Assembly (NCBI GenBank): GCA_023422635.1
Contig: JAFAGO010000029.1
Location: 116,796-180,795, forward strand
Source of the DNA: Bacteroidota bacterium
GTDB taxonomy: Bacteria; Bacteroidota; Bacteroidia; Flavobacteriales; Weeksellaceae
Reading direction: 5' to 3'
Length of the DNA stretch: 64,000 nt
Shown here: positions 10,285-20,851 of the stretch, piece after piece
How the letters are laid out: each line of letters opens with the position of its first letter
Numbering within the stretch: the first letter of the stretch is position 1
The notes under the pieces: model-generated
The model's database searches: none
The model's input: the letters and a program-made list of their open reading frames with translations, nothing else
What the model was told of the DNA's origin: nothing
Position numbers and translations under genes: made by a program

Positions 10285-11370
10285 TTAAAGCCGAACAAAA
10301 AGTCCAAAGTTTACAAAATCTGCCTGTGATTTGTGGGAATTTAGTGTTCCTTGAAAGCCGAATTTCGGTGTAAGATAGTATTTTAGATTGGCGTTCCAAT
10401 AGATTTTTTGGTTGTACGGACTTTTAAAATACACATATTCACCTACATTTCCATTCAATGCAACGCTTCCAAATCTGAACTCAATTCCGGCACTTGCACC
10501 CACTCGCAAATGTTCTAAAGATTCCCCAAGATAAATAATCGAGTCCGAATGTACTGCCGGATTATACACCTGCTCAAAATAAACTACATCTGTACCCAAA
10601 CGAAAGCCAATCATTGGATTAAGAAAATAATTGTAGCCCGCGTAGAATCCGTAACGTGTAAAACCACCTTTTTGTCTGTATTTCCCTCTACTCCCAATTC
10701 CTGCGCTGAGCTCAATACCATTTTTTTTGAAATTTAATTCTTGATGTGAAGTGTTAGCTGAATCTTTTTTACTATTAAAATCTTTCCGAATTCCTATGCC
10801 AAGATTAATAGAATTTGCTCCAAAATTTGGGAGATGAAATGCACCATTTGAGGAATGCTGTAAGGTAAAGAACGGAAGCAATTTCCAATCTTCTACCACC
10901 TTAATTTCTGCTCCCAATGTCGCTCCGAAAAGTGCATTAACATGCGATCCAAAAACAATAGATTTCGGTTCGTTAAATACTGTTACTGTTGCATACGCTG
11001 CCCCAATTTCAGGTGCAATAAATACTCTTTGGTGAGGATTTTTAACAAGATTAAGTTCAGTAGAAAGTGAAATCCCATAGACTTCTCCAAAAGAAACGCC
11101 GTTGTATTTCATATCCGTCATATCCCAATACACAAGGGATAAACTAACATTATCGGCACCAAAAAAGCGAACCCATTCTTGAGTATCTGGATTCAGTTTT
11201 TTCCCAGCACTCATACGAATTCCATTGCTATAATTACGATCAACACCATGGATTCGACCAATTCCAACGCCGTAAAACGAACGATAATCCACAAAAAAAT
11301 CTTTGTTTTGAGACCAAAGTGTAAACGAAAAAAAGAAAGCAAAAAGCAGACAGAAAAACTTCTTCAACAT
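10285..11370 (-). CDS. Outer-membrane acyloxyacyl hydrolase (PagL-like lipid A deacylase family), two-lobed
   Basis: Signal peptide, beta-strand-rich, HSSNG motif (PagL His-x-Ser catalytic pattern) mid-protein, second degenerate SHKS near the C-terminus. Confidence 0.5.
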   Translation of the reverse strand: MLKKFFCLLFAFFFSFTLWSQNKDFFVDYRSFYGVGIGRIHGVDRNYSNGIRMSAGKKLNPDTQEWVRFFGADNVSLSLVYWDMTDMKYNGVSFGEVYGISLSTELNLVKNPHQRVFIAPEIGAAYATVTVFNEPKSIVFGSHVNALFGATLGAEIKVVEDWKLLPFFTLQHSSNGAFHLPNFGANSINLGIGIRKDFNSKKDSANTSHQELNFKKNGIELSAGIGSRGKYRQKGGFTRYGFYAGYNYFLNPMIGFRLGTDVVYFEQVYNPAVHSDSIIYLGESLEHLRVGASAGIEFRFGSVALNGNVGEYVYFKSPYNQKIYWNANLKYYLTPKFGFQGTLNSHKSQADFVNFGLFVRL

Positions 11371-11377
11371 TCAAATT

Positions 11378-13954
11378 TTATTCATCGAAAAGACTTTCTA
11401 TTTTTCCTTCATCGGGAATTTCACCATCATCAGAATCGGTATTGGACGGATCTTCTTCAACTTCTAAAACTTCTTCAACGGGTTCAGGAATCGAGATATT
11501 TATCGTTTTCACTTTACTTTTAGTAAGTTGATTTCCTATTGCTTTAATACCTTTTATCGCGATAAAATCATCAATATTAATGGTTTCAGGATCTTTATCT
11601 TTCCCTTTTTCCTTCGCAAAAATAATTTCCGCCGAAGCGTTAGAAGCAACTATTACATTTTCGATGAAAGATTTAGGATGCTCTGAAGGCATAAAACCTT
11701 GCACATTCGTATTGTTTTCAAGTAGGAATCTTTTGATAAAATAGATGCCTTTATCACCATCAAAATAAATACAAGTTACGGCTTGGTCGGGTTTCCACTT
11801 TTCGAGCACTAAGTATTCATCATCAAAGCGATTGCTTAAATCGAAAGTGGTTAAACGGGCTTCACCTTGTGTATTGATGACCAAAATTTTATCGTCTCCT
11901 TTAAAATTTCCAAGTAAAGTTCCGCGACCGTCGGCATTTAAACGACGAACGGTTTCATCGAACCAAATTTTACGCGGTGCTAAAGTAGAAACGCCTTCTT
12001 CTTTCATTTCGACTTTCTTGATTGCATATTTGGTTACCAAGTTTCCTTTGGAATCTCGACCTTTAATTGCAAGTTCCGAAAAGTCGATATCCATCCGGTT
12101 TTTACGGATTCTTGGATTGGGTTTTAAAAGAACAGAAACGGTTTCGGCTTCTCCATTTGGATTGGCAGAAAAGTAAAGCATTTCTGAACTTTTTTTGTCC
12201 GAAGCCAGTTTATAATCGGTATTTCGCGTGATGGAAGTCACCGAGAAACGCTTCATATAATAAGGCCCTTCTCGACCTTCGCGGTAAATCATATTGTACA
12301 CTGTACGTTTGTCGTTCTTCTTCCAAACCGCAACATGCACAATATCTTTCCCGATAAAAGTTTTGGCTTCCACTTTTACCACTTTCATTGTGCCATCTTT
12401 TCGGAAGGTAATGATGTCGTCAATATCCGAACAATCGAACAAATATTCATCTTTACGAAGTGAAGTTCCCACAAATCCTTCTGCGAAATTCGCATAGAAT
12501 TTTACGTTAGCAACGGCAACTTTTGTCGCATCGATGGTATCGAAAATGCGAAGTTCCGTTTTACGAATTTTATCTTTTCCGTATTTTTTCTGAATGTTTT
12601 GATAATACTCTACCGAATACTGAATAAGGTTATCGAGATTGTATTTGCATTGCTCAATTTTACCTTCCAGAGCGGCGATATTTTCTTTAAATTTATCCAA
12701 GTCGAAACGCGAAATTCTTTTAATTCGAATTTCGGTTAATTTTACAATATCTTCTTCGGTAACGGCACGTAAAAGATGTTTGGTATGCGGTTTTAAACCT
12801 TCATCAATCGTTTTGATAACTTCTTCCCAAGATTTAACTTCTTCGATATCGTGGTAAACTCTATTTTCAATGAAGATTCTTTCCAGTGAAGCAAAATGCC
12901 AGCTTTCTTGCAGTTCATGCAATTCAATTTCAAGTTCTTTCTTTAAAAGGGAAACCGTGTGATCGGTATTCATCCGCAAGATTTCGGAAACGGAAAGAAA
13001 CATCGGCTTATCGCCTACAATTACGCAGGCGTTTGGCGATATCGAAACTTGGCAGTCGGTAAAAGCGTATAGTGCATCAATGGTTTTATCTGGCGAAACA
13101 TCGGGATGAAGATGGATGATAATTTCTACTTTATCCGAGGTGTTATCTTCGATTTTTTTAATCTTGATCTTTCCTCTTTCATTTGCCTTTAAAATGGAAT
13201 CAATTAAATCTCCCGTTGTTTTAGAATACGGAAGTTCGCTAATGGTTAACGTATGTTTATCGGTTTGCGAGATTCTGGCTCTGGCTCTTACTTTCCCACC
13301 ACGTTGTCCATCGTTATATTCCGAAACATCTAAAAGACCACCCGTAAGAAAATCCGGAAAAAGTTCGAATTTCTTACCTTTTAAATAGGAAATGGAAGCC
13401 GTAATAAGCTCGTTAAAATTATGAGGAAGAATTTTGGTTGAAAGTCCAACCCCAATTCCCTCAACGCCTTGCGCCAAAAGCAAAGGAAATTTCACAGGAA
13501 GGTCGATCGGTTCATTATTTCTTCCATCGTATGATTTCGCCCAATCGGTAGTTTTAGGATTAAAAACCACTTCTAAAGCAAATGGTGTTAACCTTGCCTC
13601 AATGTAACGCGCGGCCGCCGCGGAATCGCCGGTATAAACGTTTCCCCAGTTTCCCTGCGTATCGATCAGAAGCTCTTTTTGGCCAATTTGCACCATGGCA
13701 TCGGTGATGGAAGCGTCGCCATGGGGGTGATACTTCATGGTATTCCCTACGATGTTGGCGACTTTATTGTATCGGCCGTCTTCTAGTTCCCTCATCGAGT
13801 GCATTATCCTTCTCTGAACGGGCTTAAATCCATCATATACCGATGGTATCGCCCGATCAAGAATTACATACGATGCATAATCCAGAAACCAGTCTTTGTA
13901 CAGGCCTGAAACTTTTTTTAAACTTTCTCCTTCTTTTGGAAATTCTTCTGTCAT
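11378..13954 (-). CDS. parC: DNA topoisomerase IV subunit A (GyrA/ParC family)
   Basis: 858 aa. DGFKPVQRRI, active-site AAARYIEARL, acidic C-terminal tail. Lies in an operon with a ParE-like gene. Confidence 0.85.
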   Translation of the reverse strand: MTEEFPKEGESLKKVSGLYKDWFLDYASYVILDRAIPSVYDGFKPVQRRIMHSMRELEDGRYNKVANIVGNTMKYHPHGDASITDAMVQIGQKELLIDTQGNWGNVYTGDSAAAARYIEARLTPFALEVVFNPKTTDWAKSYDGRNNEPIDLPVKFPLLLAQGVEGIGVGLSTKILPHNFNELITASISYLKGKKFELFPDFLTGGLLDVSEYNDGQRGGKVRARARISQTDKHTLTISELPYSKTTGDLIDSILKANERGKIKIKKIEDNTSDKVEIIIHLHPDVSPDKTIDALYAFTDCQVSISPNACVIVGDKPMFLSVSEILRMNTDHTVSLLKKELEIELHELQESWHFASLERIFIENRVYHDIEEVKSWEEVIKTIDEGLKPHTKHLLRAVTEEDIVKLTEIRIKRISRFDLDKFKENIAALEGKIEQCKYNLDNLIQYSVEYYQNIQKKYGKDKIRKTELRIFDTIDATKVAVANVKFYANFAEGFVGTSLRKDEYLFDCSDIDDIITFRKDGTMKVVKVEAKTFIGKDIVHVAVWKKNDKRTVYNMIYREGREGPYYMKRFSVTSITRNTDYKLASDKKSSEMLYFSANPNGEAETVSVLLKPNPRIRKNRMDIDFSELAIKGRDSKGNLVTKYAIKKVEMKEEGVSTLAPRKIWFDETVRRLNADGRGTLLGNFKGDDKILVINTQGEARLTTFDLSNRFDDEYLVLEKWKPDQAVTCIYFDGDKGIYFIKRFLLENNTNVQGFMPSEHPKSFIENVIVASNASAEIIFAKEKGKDKDPETINIDDFIAIKGIKAIGNQLTKSKVKTINISIPEPVEEVLEVEEDPSNTDSDDGEIPDEGKIESLFDE

Positions 13955-14445
13955 GCGCTAATGATATTGGCTTGGCATTGTTGATTGTTAGCGCTAACTA
14001 CTTTACATAGTGAGCGTTTTAGATCCCGAGCTTGTTTTGATGTTAGGTATGAAATATCGTACTTCAAAACGGTTGCTGTACTTTTTTTACTTGTTATTGT
14101 TATGTATAATCTTCTAAAAATAAAAAGATCTATAAGTTCGTATTTCACAAATTTATACTTTGGAAATTCGTCGTTCAAAGGTTTATTTAGAATTGGAAAT
14201 ACATTTCTATTTCTAAAATTTAGTGCTTCCCCATCACTATCGTATTCAAAAATTTGTCGGCCACGATAATAGAAAAGTAAAAGCAAAAGAATGGGAACAA
14301 TTAGCAAAAGGTAGCTTTTCCAACCTAAAAAATCCATTTTTAATTGATCGATCACAAAAATTGATATTCCTGCGAAAAAAACGACAAGCAACAACGTACC
14401 GACAAAATGGTACCTTGGTGCTTTTGCACGATTACTGAGTCTCAT
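13951..14445 (-). CDS. Hypothetical two-TM membrane protein between parE and parC
   Basis: 164-aa ORF with two hydrophobic helices. Its stop overlaps the parC ATG (ATGA). Confidence 0.6.
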   Translation of the reverse strand: MRLSNRAKAPRYHFVGTLLLVVFFAGISIFVIDQLKMDFLGWKSYLLLIVPILLLLLFYYRGRQIFEYDSDGEALNFRNRNVFPILNKPLNDEFPKYKFVKYELIDLFIFRRLYITITSKKSTATVLKYDISYLTSKQARDLKRSLCKVVSANNQQCQANIISA

Positions 14446-14492
14446 TTGATGTAAAGTTTTTAAATAGTTAAGTTTTTGGTTATTATTTATAA

Positions 14493-16376
14493 TTAAATTT
14501 CTACTTCATCATGTATTTCTTTTCTGTCGATATCAGGATCCTCCACCACTAAGTTATCAAGAATGAACACTTGGCGATCTGGGGTATTTTTTCCCATATA
14601 AAATTCTAATAATTGATTAATCGTTTGGTCTTTACCGATTACAACTGGTTCTAAACGAATATCTTTTCCGATAAAAAATTTAAACTCATCTGGAGAAATT
14701 TCTCCTAAACCTTTGAATCGGGTAATTTCTGGGTTTTTGCCTAATTCTTGAAGCGCTTTTACACGGTCCACTTCTGAGTAGCAGTATCGCGTTTCCTTTT
14801 TATTTCGAACTCTAAACAATGGCGTTTGAAGAATGTACAAATGTCCATTTTTAATTAAATCTGGAAAAAACTGCAAAAAGAAGGTAATCATCAACAAACG
14901 AATGTGCATTCCATCTACATCGGCATCGGTGGCAATAATTACGTGATTATAACGAAGATCTTCCAAAGATTCTTCAATATTTAAAGCGGCTTGAAGAAGA
15001 TTAAATTCTTCATTTTCGTAAACTACTTTTTTGGTTAGTCCGTAACAGTTGAGCGGTTTTCCTTTTAAAGAAAAAACGGCTTGCGTTTCCACATCGCGCG
15101 ATTTCGTAATTGATCCGGAAGCAGAATCCCCTTCGGTAATGAAAATTTGAGTTTCCATTTTACGTTCTGCTTTTTGATCATTGTAATGTTGCCTGCAATC
15201 ACGAAGTTTTTTATTGTGAAGCGACACTTTCTTTGCACGTTCTCGGGCTAATTTCTGAATTCCTGAAAGCTCTTTTCTTTCACGCTCAGAAATTAAAATT
15301 TTTCGTTGAATGGCTTCCGCAATTTCCGGATGTTTATGCAGAAAATTATCCAACTTATTTTTCAGAAAATCGATAATAAATGTTCTCACCGTAGGACCGT
15401 TCGGGCCCATTTCGCTCGATCCGAGTTTTGTTTTGGTTTGAGATTCAAAAACGGGTTCTTCAACATTAATCGAAATGGCAGCAATAATTGATTTCCGAAT
15501 ATCGGAAGCATCAAAATTTTTATTGAAAAATTCGCGAATGGTTTTTACATAAGCTTCGCGAAATGCATTTAAATGCGTTCCACCTTGCGTTGTATTTTGT
15601 CCGTTAACAAACGAAAAATAGGTTTCGGTTTGGGATTTATCGGAATGGGTGATGCCAACTTCAATATCTTCATCTTGCAAATGGATGATTGGATACAAAA
15701 TTTCACCTTCGAGTTCTTCTTCCAATAAATCTTTTAATCCATTTTCGGAATAGAATGTTTCGCCGTTAAAAATAATTTTCAAACCAGGATTTAGATAAGA
15801 ATAATTGCGAAGCATGCGCTCGATATATTCTTTTCTAAACTTAAAATTGGTGAAAATATCGTGATCGGGAATAAAGGTGATTTCGGTTCCGTTTCGATCG
15901 GAAGTATCGACTTCAGGTTTCTCCTCCGTAATTTTTCCGCGAGAAAACTCTGCCATTTTCATTTTGCCTTCCCGGAAAGAGCGTACTTTGAAATAATCAG
16001 ATAGGGCATTTACCGCTTTCGTACCAACTCCATTTAAACCAACCGATTTTTTAAAGGCCTTGCTATCGTACTTTCCACCGGTATTCATTTTGGAAACGGC
16101 ATCTACCATTTTTCCAAGTGGAATTCCACGACCAAAATCTCGTATTACGACTTTTCTTTCATCGAGTTTAATTTCAATTCGCTTACCGGATTTCATACGA
16201 AATTCATCGATGGAATTATCTAAAATTTCTTTCAAAAGAATATAAATTCCATCATCTGCTGAAGAACCATCGCCCAGTTTGCCTATGTACATTCCCGGGC
16301 GAAGCCGGATATGCTCCTGCCATTCCAGCGTTCGTATGTTATCTTCGGAATAATTTGCTTGTTGATTTTCACTCAT
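14493..16376 (-). CDS. parE: DNA topoisomerase IV subunit B (GyrB/ParE family)
   Basis: 627 aa. GHKL ATPase N-terminus ([16 protein letters not shown]), Toprim [18 protein letters not shown]. Confidence 0.85.
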   Translation of the reverse strand: MSENQQANYSEDNIRTLEWQEHIRLRPGMYIGKLGDGSSADDGIYILLKEILDNSIDEFRMKSGKRIEIKLDERKVVIRDFGRGIPLGKMVDAVSKMNTGGKYDSKAFKKSVGLNGVGTKAVNALSDYFKVRSFREGKMKMAEFSRGKITEEKPEVDTSDRNGTEITFIPDHDIFTNFKFRKEYIERMLRNYSYLNPGLKIIFNGETFYSENGLKDLLEEELEGEILYPIIHLQDEDIEVGITHSDKSQTETYFSFVNGQNTTQGGTHLNAFREAYVKTIREFFNKNFDASDIRKSIIAAISINVEEPVFESQTKTKLGSSEMGPNGPTVRTFIIDFLKNKLDNFLHKHPEIAEAIQRKILISERERKELSGIQKLARERAKKVSLHNKKLRDCRQHYNDQKAERKMETQIFITEGDSASGSITKSRDVETQAVFSLKGKPLNCYGLTKKVVYENEEFNLLQAALNIEESLEDLRYNHVIIATDADVDGMHIRLLMITFFLQFFPDLIKNGHLYILQTPLFRVRNKKETRYCYSEVDRVKALQELGKNPEITRFKGLGEISPDEFKFFIGKDIRLEPVVIGKDQTINQLLEFYMGKNTPDRQVFILDNLVVEDPDIDRKEIHDEVEI

Positions 16377-16734
16377 AAAAATATCCTTCTTATCTATCGG
16401 AAAGTGCGTTACAGTTGTGTAACAGACAAATTTAATAATTTGAAAATGAACAGAAAAATTTTGTTGATAATTTTAGAAATGATTCATTTTCTGGAATTTA
16501 ATTATTCTAAACAAACATGTTAATAAAATGAAGATTTCATAAAGACATTCCTCTCCCCTTGTAAACGAAGATTTTGAAAATTAATTCATTATCAAATCTT
16601 TTCTTTCAATTATTCTTAGGATGCAATCCAAGAAGAAACGACTTTAGCAAGTTGAAATAACCAGGAAAATGAAAATTATAAAAAAAGCAATAAATAATTG
16701 TTAAACCTAAAAATTATGAATTCATCGATAAAAA

Positions 16735-17427
16735 TTGAGCGCTCTTCTATTTTCCTTAAAACGAAATTGTGACCGATGTACATTTGCAAATAAAAAACGT
16801 AGGTTAATTTACATTATTGTTGTTATTGCATTAGTATTTGTTGTTTTGTTTTTAATCAATTCAAAATTAACCAATGCATTCAGAACCTCCAATGGAAGGA
16901 CTTTCGAGTTTTTCATCTCGCTGATTTCTACTTTTATCGGTTTTTTTATTGCGCTAAGTCTTAATACCGCACTGAACGAAATGAACCAGAAAAAGAACTT
17001 AATTAAACTGCTAACAGCAACCAATCTTTCGTTAGAAAATAGCGAAATGAAAGTTAAGGGAATGTATCTTCTGCCTTCGAAAAATGGAACCGACATTAGC
17101 GAAATTATTCAATTTGCTCCAGTTGAAATGCCAAAACTTTACTCGAATCTGGAATCGAATAGTTTGGTGAGCGATTTCTTCGCTTCCAATGCTTTTCAAG
17201 CCTACATATTGTGTAGCGACAACATGCAAACTTTTGTAAAAAATGCGAATGCCAGTAATCAATCTTCTTCCAAAAAAACGATTATTATGGAAAAATATTT
17301 AAAATATTTAGGTTTCGCCAAACAAGTAAACGAATTGGAAATAAAAAGATTAAACGGCGAAATCTCTCAAACCGAAGAAAATAATCAACTTCAAACCTTG
17401 ACCAAAAAAATTACCACTACCAATTAA
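16735..17427 (+). CDS. Hypothetical membrane protein (start uncertain, TTG)
   Basis: 230-aa ORF with two hydrophobic helices. There is no in-frame ATG near the 5' end. Confidence 0.4.
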   Translation: MSALLFSLKRNCDRCTFANKKRRLIYIIVVIALVFVVLFLINSKLTNAFRTSNGRTFEFFISLISTFIGFFIALSLNTALNEMNQKKNLIKLLTATNLSLENSEMKVKGMYLLPSKNGTDISEIIQFAPVEMPKLYSNLESNSLVSDFFASNAFQAYILCSDNMQTFVKNANASNQSSSKKTIIMEKYLKYLGFAKQVNELEIKRLNGEISQTEENNQLQTLTKKITTTN

Positions 17428-17446
17428 TGAACTCAACTTTACCATC

Positions 17447-18029
17447 ATGAAAAAAAATACTCCTAAGCTTCAATTTTGTTGGATTATTATTACTGAATCA
17501 AAACTGCAATAAATCCGAAGCTACAACGCTAAGAATCGATTATACGCAATCCTATGAAGATGCTGCTCTAGCACTTGCAAGTGCACAAGAAAATTACCAG
17601 AAAGCGGTTGCCACCAATGATCCAATAAAAATTGAAAAAGCTAAAAAGGAATTAGAAGACGCACAGTCCAAATATGAAACTTCTAAAAGTGACTATATTT
17701 CTAGCGGAGGTACAGCAAAAGCCGAATACGAAAACTACCTTACCACCTCTCAACAAACCTTAAGTTCCGCGGAGAGCCAAGCAGGAAAAGCAACTTCCAC
17801 CGTAACCGAAAAAGTGAATACTATTGTGGAAACAAATGCAGCTTTGCAAGAAAAAGCTGAGGATGTGAAAACTAAAATCGACTCGAAAGTTACCGCTGAA
17901 AAAGCTAAAATTTCTGAAGCAAAAACTAAAGTTAAGGAGAATACGGATAAAATTAAAGCATCGAGCGAAGAAGCAAAAACGAAAATTAACCGATCAAAAA
18001 GTGATCTCAATTCTTTGTTAGGAAAATAA
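17447..18029 (+). pseudogene. Helical-repeat lipoprotein gene out of frame after an A8 tract (frameshift or phase-OFF)
   Basis: ATG(17447)+A8 reads MKKNTPKLQFCWIIITESKLQ*. Removing one A gives MKKILLSFNFVGLLLLNQNC (lipoprotein signal) continuous with the open frame to 18029. That frame has no ATG, GTG or TTG before 17814. Confidence 0.55.
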
Positions 18030-18044
18030 AAAGTAGATAAAACT

Positions 18045-18080
18045 AAAACCTCAGATTTCCGTTTGGAAATCAGAGGTTTT
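18045..18080. terminator. Bidirectional terminator between convergent genes
   Basis: 16-nt arms AAAACCTCAGATTTCC/GGAAATCAGAGGTTTT with one mismatch and a GTTT loop, flanked by A- and T-runs. Confidence 0.75.
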
Positions 18081-18108
18081 ATAAGCTTTATTTCTGTAAA
18101 TCTTTCGA

Positions 18109-19200
18109 TTATACATTAAAACGGAAATGCATTACATCGCCATCTTGCACGATATATTCTTTACCTTCTACTCTCATTTTACCGGCTTCTTTCACTTTAG
18201 ATTCTGAGCCAAAGGTTACAAAATCAGCATAAGCAATAACTTCAGCACGTATAAATCCTTTCTCAAAATCGGTGTGAATTACGCCTGCCGCTTGAGGTGC
18301 AGTCCAACCTTTTTCGATTGTCCAAGCTCGAACTTCTTTTACCCCAGCAGTAAAGTAGGTTTGCAATTTAAGAAGATCGTACGCTTTACGAATTAGTCGG
18401 TTAACGCCAGGTTCATCTAAACCAAGTTCTTCTAAAAACATTTGACGTTCTTCAAAAGTCTCCAATTCGTTGATATCTGCTTCAATTTGAGCAGCTAAAA
18501 CCACCACTTCAGAACCTTCACCTTTTGCCATTTCCTCAATTTTTGCAATCCAAGAGTTTCCATTCTTGATGGAGTTTTCATCTACATTACAAACGTACAA
18601 AACGGGTTTCTTGGTAAGCAAGTGAACTTCATCAACGATTGTTTTTGTAAGTTCATCAACCGGAAATTCTCTTGCGTTTTTACCGCTTTCGACAAACGCT
18701 TGCAATTTTTGAAGTGTTTCATAGGTAAGCACATCTTCCTTTTTACCGGATTTAATGAATTTTTTAGCTTTATCCACCGCTTTTCCAAGGGTTTCCAAAT
18801 CTTTTAATTGCAATTCGATATCGATAATTTCTTTATCACGAATTGGATCAACAGAACCTTCTACGTGAACAATATTTCCATTATCAAAACATCTTAAAAC
18901 ATGGATAATTGCTTCACACTCACGAATATTGGCAAGAAATTGATTCCCCAAACCTTCTCCTTTTGATGCGCCTTTTACTAAACCAGCGATATCGACAATT
19001 TCCACAACTGCAGGTTGCACACGTTCGGGCTTAACTAATTCTTCTAGTTTTACCAAACGAGGATCAGGAACTGAAACTGTACCTAAATTGGGTTCAATAG
19101 TACAGAAAGGATAGTTTGCCGATTGCGCTTTTGCATTGCTCAGGCAGTTAAAAAGAGTTGATTTTCCGACATTCGGAAGACCTACGATTCCACATTTCAT
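18109..19200 (-). CDS. ychF: Redox-regulated ribosome-binding ATPase YchF
   Basis: MKCGIVGLPNVGKSTLFN P-loop and C-terminal TGS-like domain. The ORF track start at 19224 is probably an N-terminal over-extension. Confidence 0.9.
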   Translation of the reverse strand: MKCGIVGLPNVGKSTLFNCLSNAKAQSANYPFCTIEPNLGTVSVPDPRLVKLEELVKPERVQPAVVEIVDIAGLVKGASKGEGLGNQFLANIRECEAIIHVLRCFDNGNIVHVEGSVDPIRDKEIIDIELQLKDLETLGKAVDKAKKFIKSGKKEDVLTYETLQKLQAFVESGKNAREFPVDELTKTIVDEVHLLTKKPVLYVCNVDENSIKNGNSWIAKIEEMAKGEGSEVVVLAAQIEADINELETFEERQMFLEELGLDEPGVNRLIRKAYDLLKLQTYFTAGVKEVRAWTIEKGWTAPQAAGVIHTDFEKGFIRAEVIAYADFVTFGSESKVKEAGKMRVEGKEYIVQDGDVMHFRFNV

Positions 19201-19299
19201 ATTTACAAAATTTGAGTTGAGCATTTACAATTATAGGAGTAAAGCCCAAAATTAAGGTGCGCAAAGATAGCGATTTACAGCCGTTCTGCCAATAAAAAA

Positions 19300-19319
19300 A
19301 ATCTGCCCGAGAGCAGATT
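19300..19319 (-). terminator. Candidate terminator after the ferritin gene
   Basis: AATCTGC/GCAGATT stem with a 6-nt loop. A T-run follows on the minus strand. Confidence 0.5.
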
Positions 19320-19347
19320 GAAAAAACTAAATTGATGCGTAATTGTA

Positions 19348-19899
19348 TTATGGGTTAGGCCCTGTTGCTACTCTAGCATCGGGCTCTTCATCTGGTGTTT
19401 GCTCCAATGTTTTATCGAGGTTAAAGAGCGATTCGTCTGTTGCTTTATCTCCTCCCGCAATTTTAAGTTTATCGATTAATGCCAGCGCTAGTTTTTCTTC
19501 TTCAATTTGTTCTTTCACAAACCATTGTAGGAAATTCCATGTTGCCCAATCTTTTTCTTCCATCGCTAAATCAACCAATGCATAGATTTTTTCGGTATTA
19601 TCCACTTCGTGTTCAAAGACCAAATTAAAGCAATCGGTTAAATTTTTAGGATCTTTTCCCGGAGCAGGAAGTGCATCAATTGATGGTTTACCGCCACGGT
19701 CCAATATATATTGCATGAATTTTACAGCATGATTTCGCTCTTCTTGTGCATGACGAAATAGAAAATTCCCAATCCCACCATACGCATTATCCGAAGCCCA
19801 AATTCCGTAGGAGTAATAAACGCGAGATTGTAAATCTTCAACATTCATTTGTTCACTCAGTGCTTTTTCTAATTTAGCGGAAATTCTTTTAGTATCCAT
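19348..19899 (-). CDS. ftnA: Non-heme ferritin
   Basis: 183 aa. Ferritin-like di-iron residues (EERNHA, EHE), four-helix pattern and a short C-terminal extension. Confidence 0.8.
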   Translation of the reverse strand: MDTKRISAKLEKALSEQMNVEDLQSRVYYSYGIWASDNAYGGIGNFLFRHAQEERNHAVKFMQYILDRGGKPSIDALPAPGKDPKNLTDCFNLVFEHEVDNTEKIYALVDLAMEEKDWATWNFLQWFVKEQIEEEKLALALIDKLKIAGGDKATDESLFNLDKTLEQTPDEEPDARVATGPNP

Positions 19900-19998
19900 A
19901 TTTTTTCAATTTTATTGTTAATTATAAAAACAAAATTAGACTACTAAAAGGGAAATCTGGAATGAAAATGGGAATCTTGTAACGATCTTTTCAAATCA

Positions 19999-20832
19999 TT
20001 AATCGAAGATCACGGTTTTGTTGCCGTAAATAAAAACTTTATCTTCAAAAACAAGGCGTAACGCTTCCGACAGCACTTTCTTTTCCACATCCTTACCCAT
20101 TTTCGCCAAATCTTTGGCATTTTGAGCATGATTTACTTTTACGATATCTTGATAAATAATTGGTCCTTCATCCAAATCGTCGGTTACAAAATGTGAGGTC
20201 GCACCAATCATCTTAACGCCACGTTGATACGCTTGTTTATAAGGATTTGCACCAATAAATGCAGGCAAAAAAGAATGATGAATATTGATAATTTGGCGAT
20301 CAAATCGTTTTACAAATTCTGGTGTTAGAATGCGCATAAACTTGGCGAGCACAATATAATCAAACGTATATTGCTCCAATATTTTTAACATTCCTTCTTC
20401 TTGCTCTTCTCGACTTTTATTTTCCGAAGAAACGGTGTGAAACGGAATATCGAATTTCTCGGTAAGATTCTTCAACACCTCATAATTACCGATTACCGCT
20501 ACGATATTAAAATTCAATTCATTGTATTGATTTCGAATAAGCAAATCCGATAAACAGTGATGTTCTTTGGTGACCAAAATTACGACGTTCTTTTTTCTGC
20601 CGTTTAAACAACGAACGCGACTTTCTTCTGGAAGAACTTCAAGGACTTCTTGCACCAATTCATCACGATTACAATTTCCATCAAAGGTAGTTCTCATAAA
20701 AAATCTACCATGCTCGGCATCAACAAACTCATCATTTTTTGTAATACTAAATCCTTTATTATAAAGAAGTTCTGATATTTTATACACCAAACCCTTCTCG
20801 TCGGCACAATTAATTCGTAGAATATTTTCCAT
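19999..20832 (-). CDS. purU: Formyltetrahydrofolate deformylase
   Basis: N-terminal ACT-like domain plus formyltransferase core IINIHHSFLPAF. Start moved to MENILRI so it no longer overlaps the upstream gene. Confidence 0.85.
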   Translation of the reverse strand: MENILRINCADEKGLVYKISELLYNKGFSITKNDEFVDAEHGRFFMRTTFDGNCNRDELVQEVLEVLPEESRVRCLNGRKKNVVILVTKEHHCLSDLLIRNQYNELNFNIVAVIGNYEVLKNLTEKFDIPFHTVSSENKSREEQEEGMLKILEQYTFDYIVLAKFMRILTPEFVKRFDRQIINIHHSFLPAFIGANPYKQAYQRGVKMIGATSHFVTDDLDEGPIIYQDIVKVNHAQNAKDLAKMGKDVEKKVLSEALRLVFEDKVFIYGNKTVIFD

Positions 20833-20851
20833 TGTTATATTTAGTTTTACA

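Noticed and set aside
17750-18010. 86-aa minus-strand ORF antisense to the lipoprotein gene
   Set aside because: A mirror of the repetitive Lys/Glu/Ala coding sequence. The plus-strand frame has a signal peptide and a terminator.
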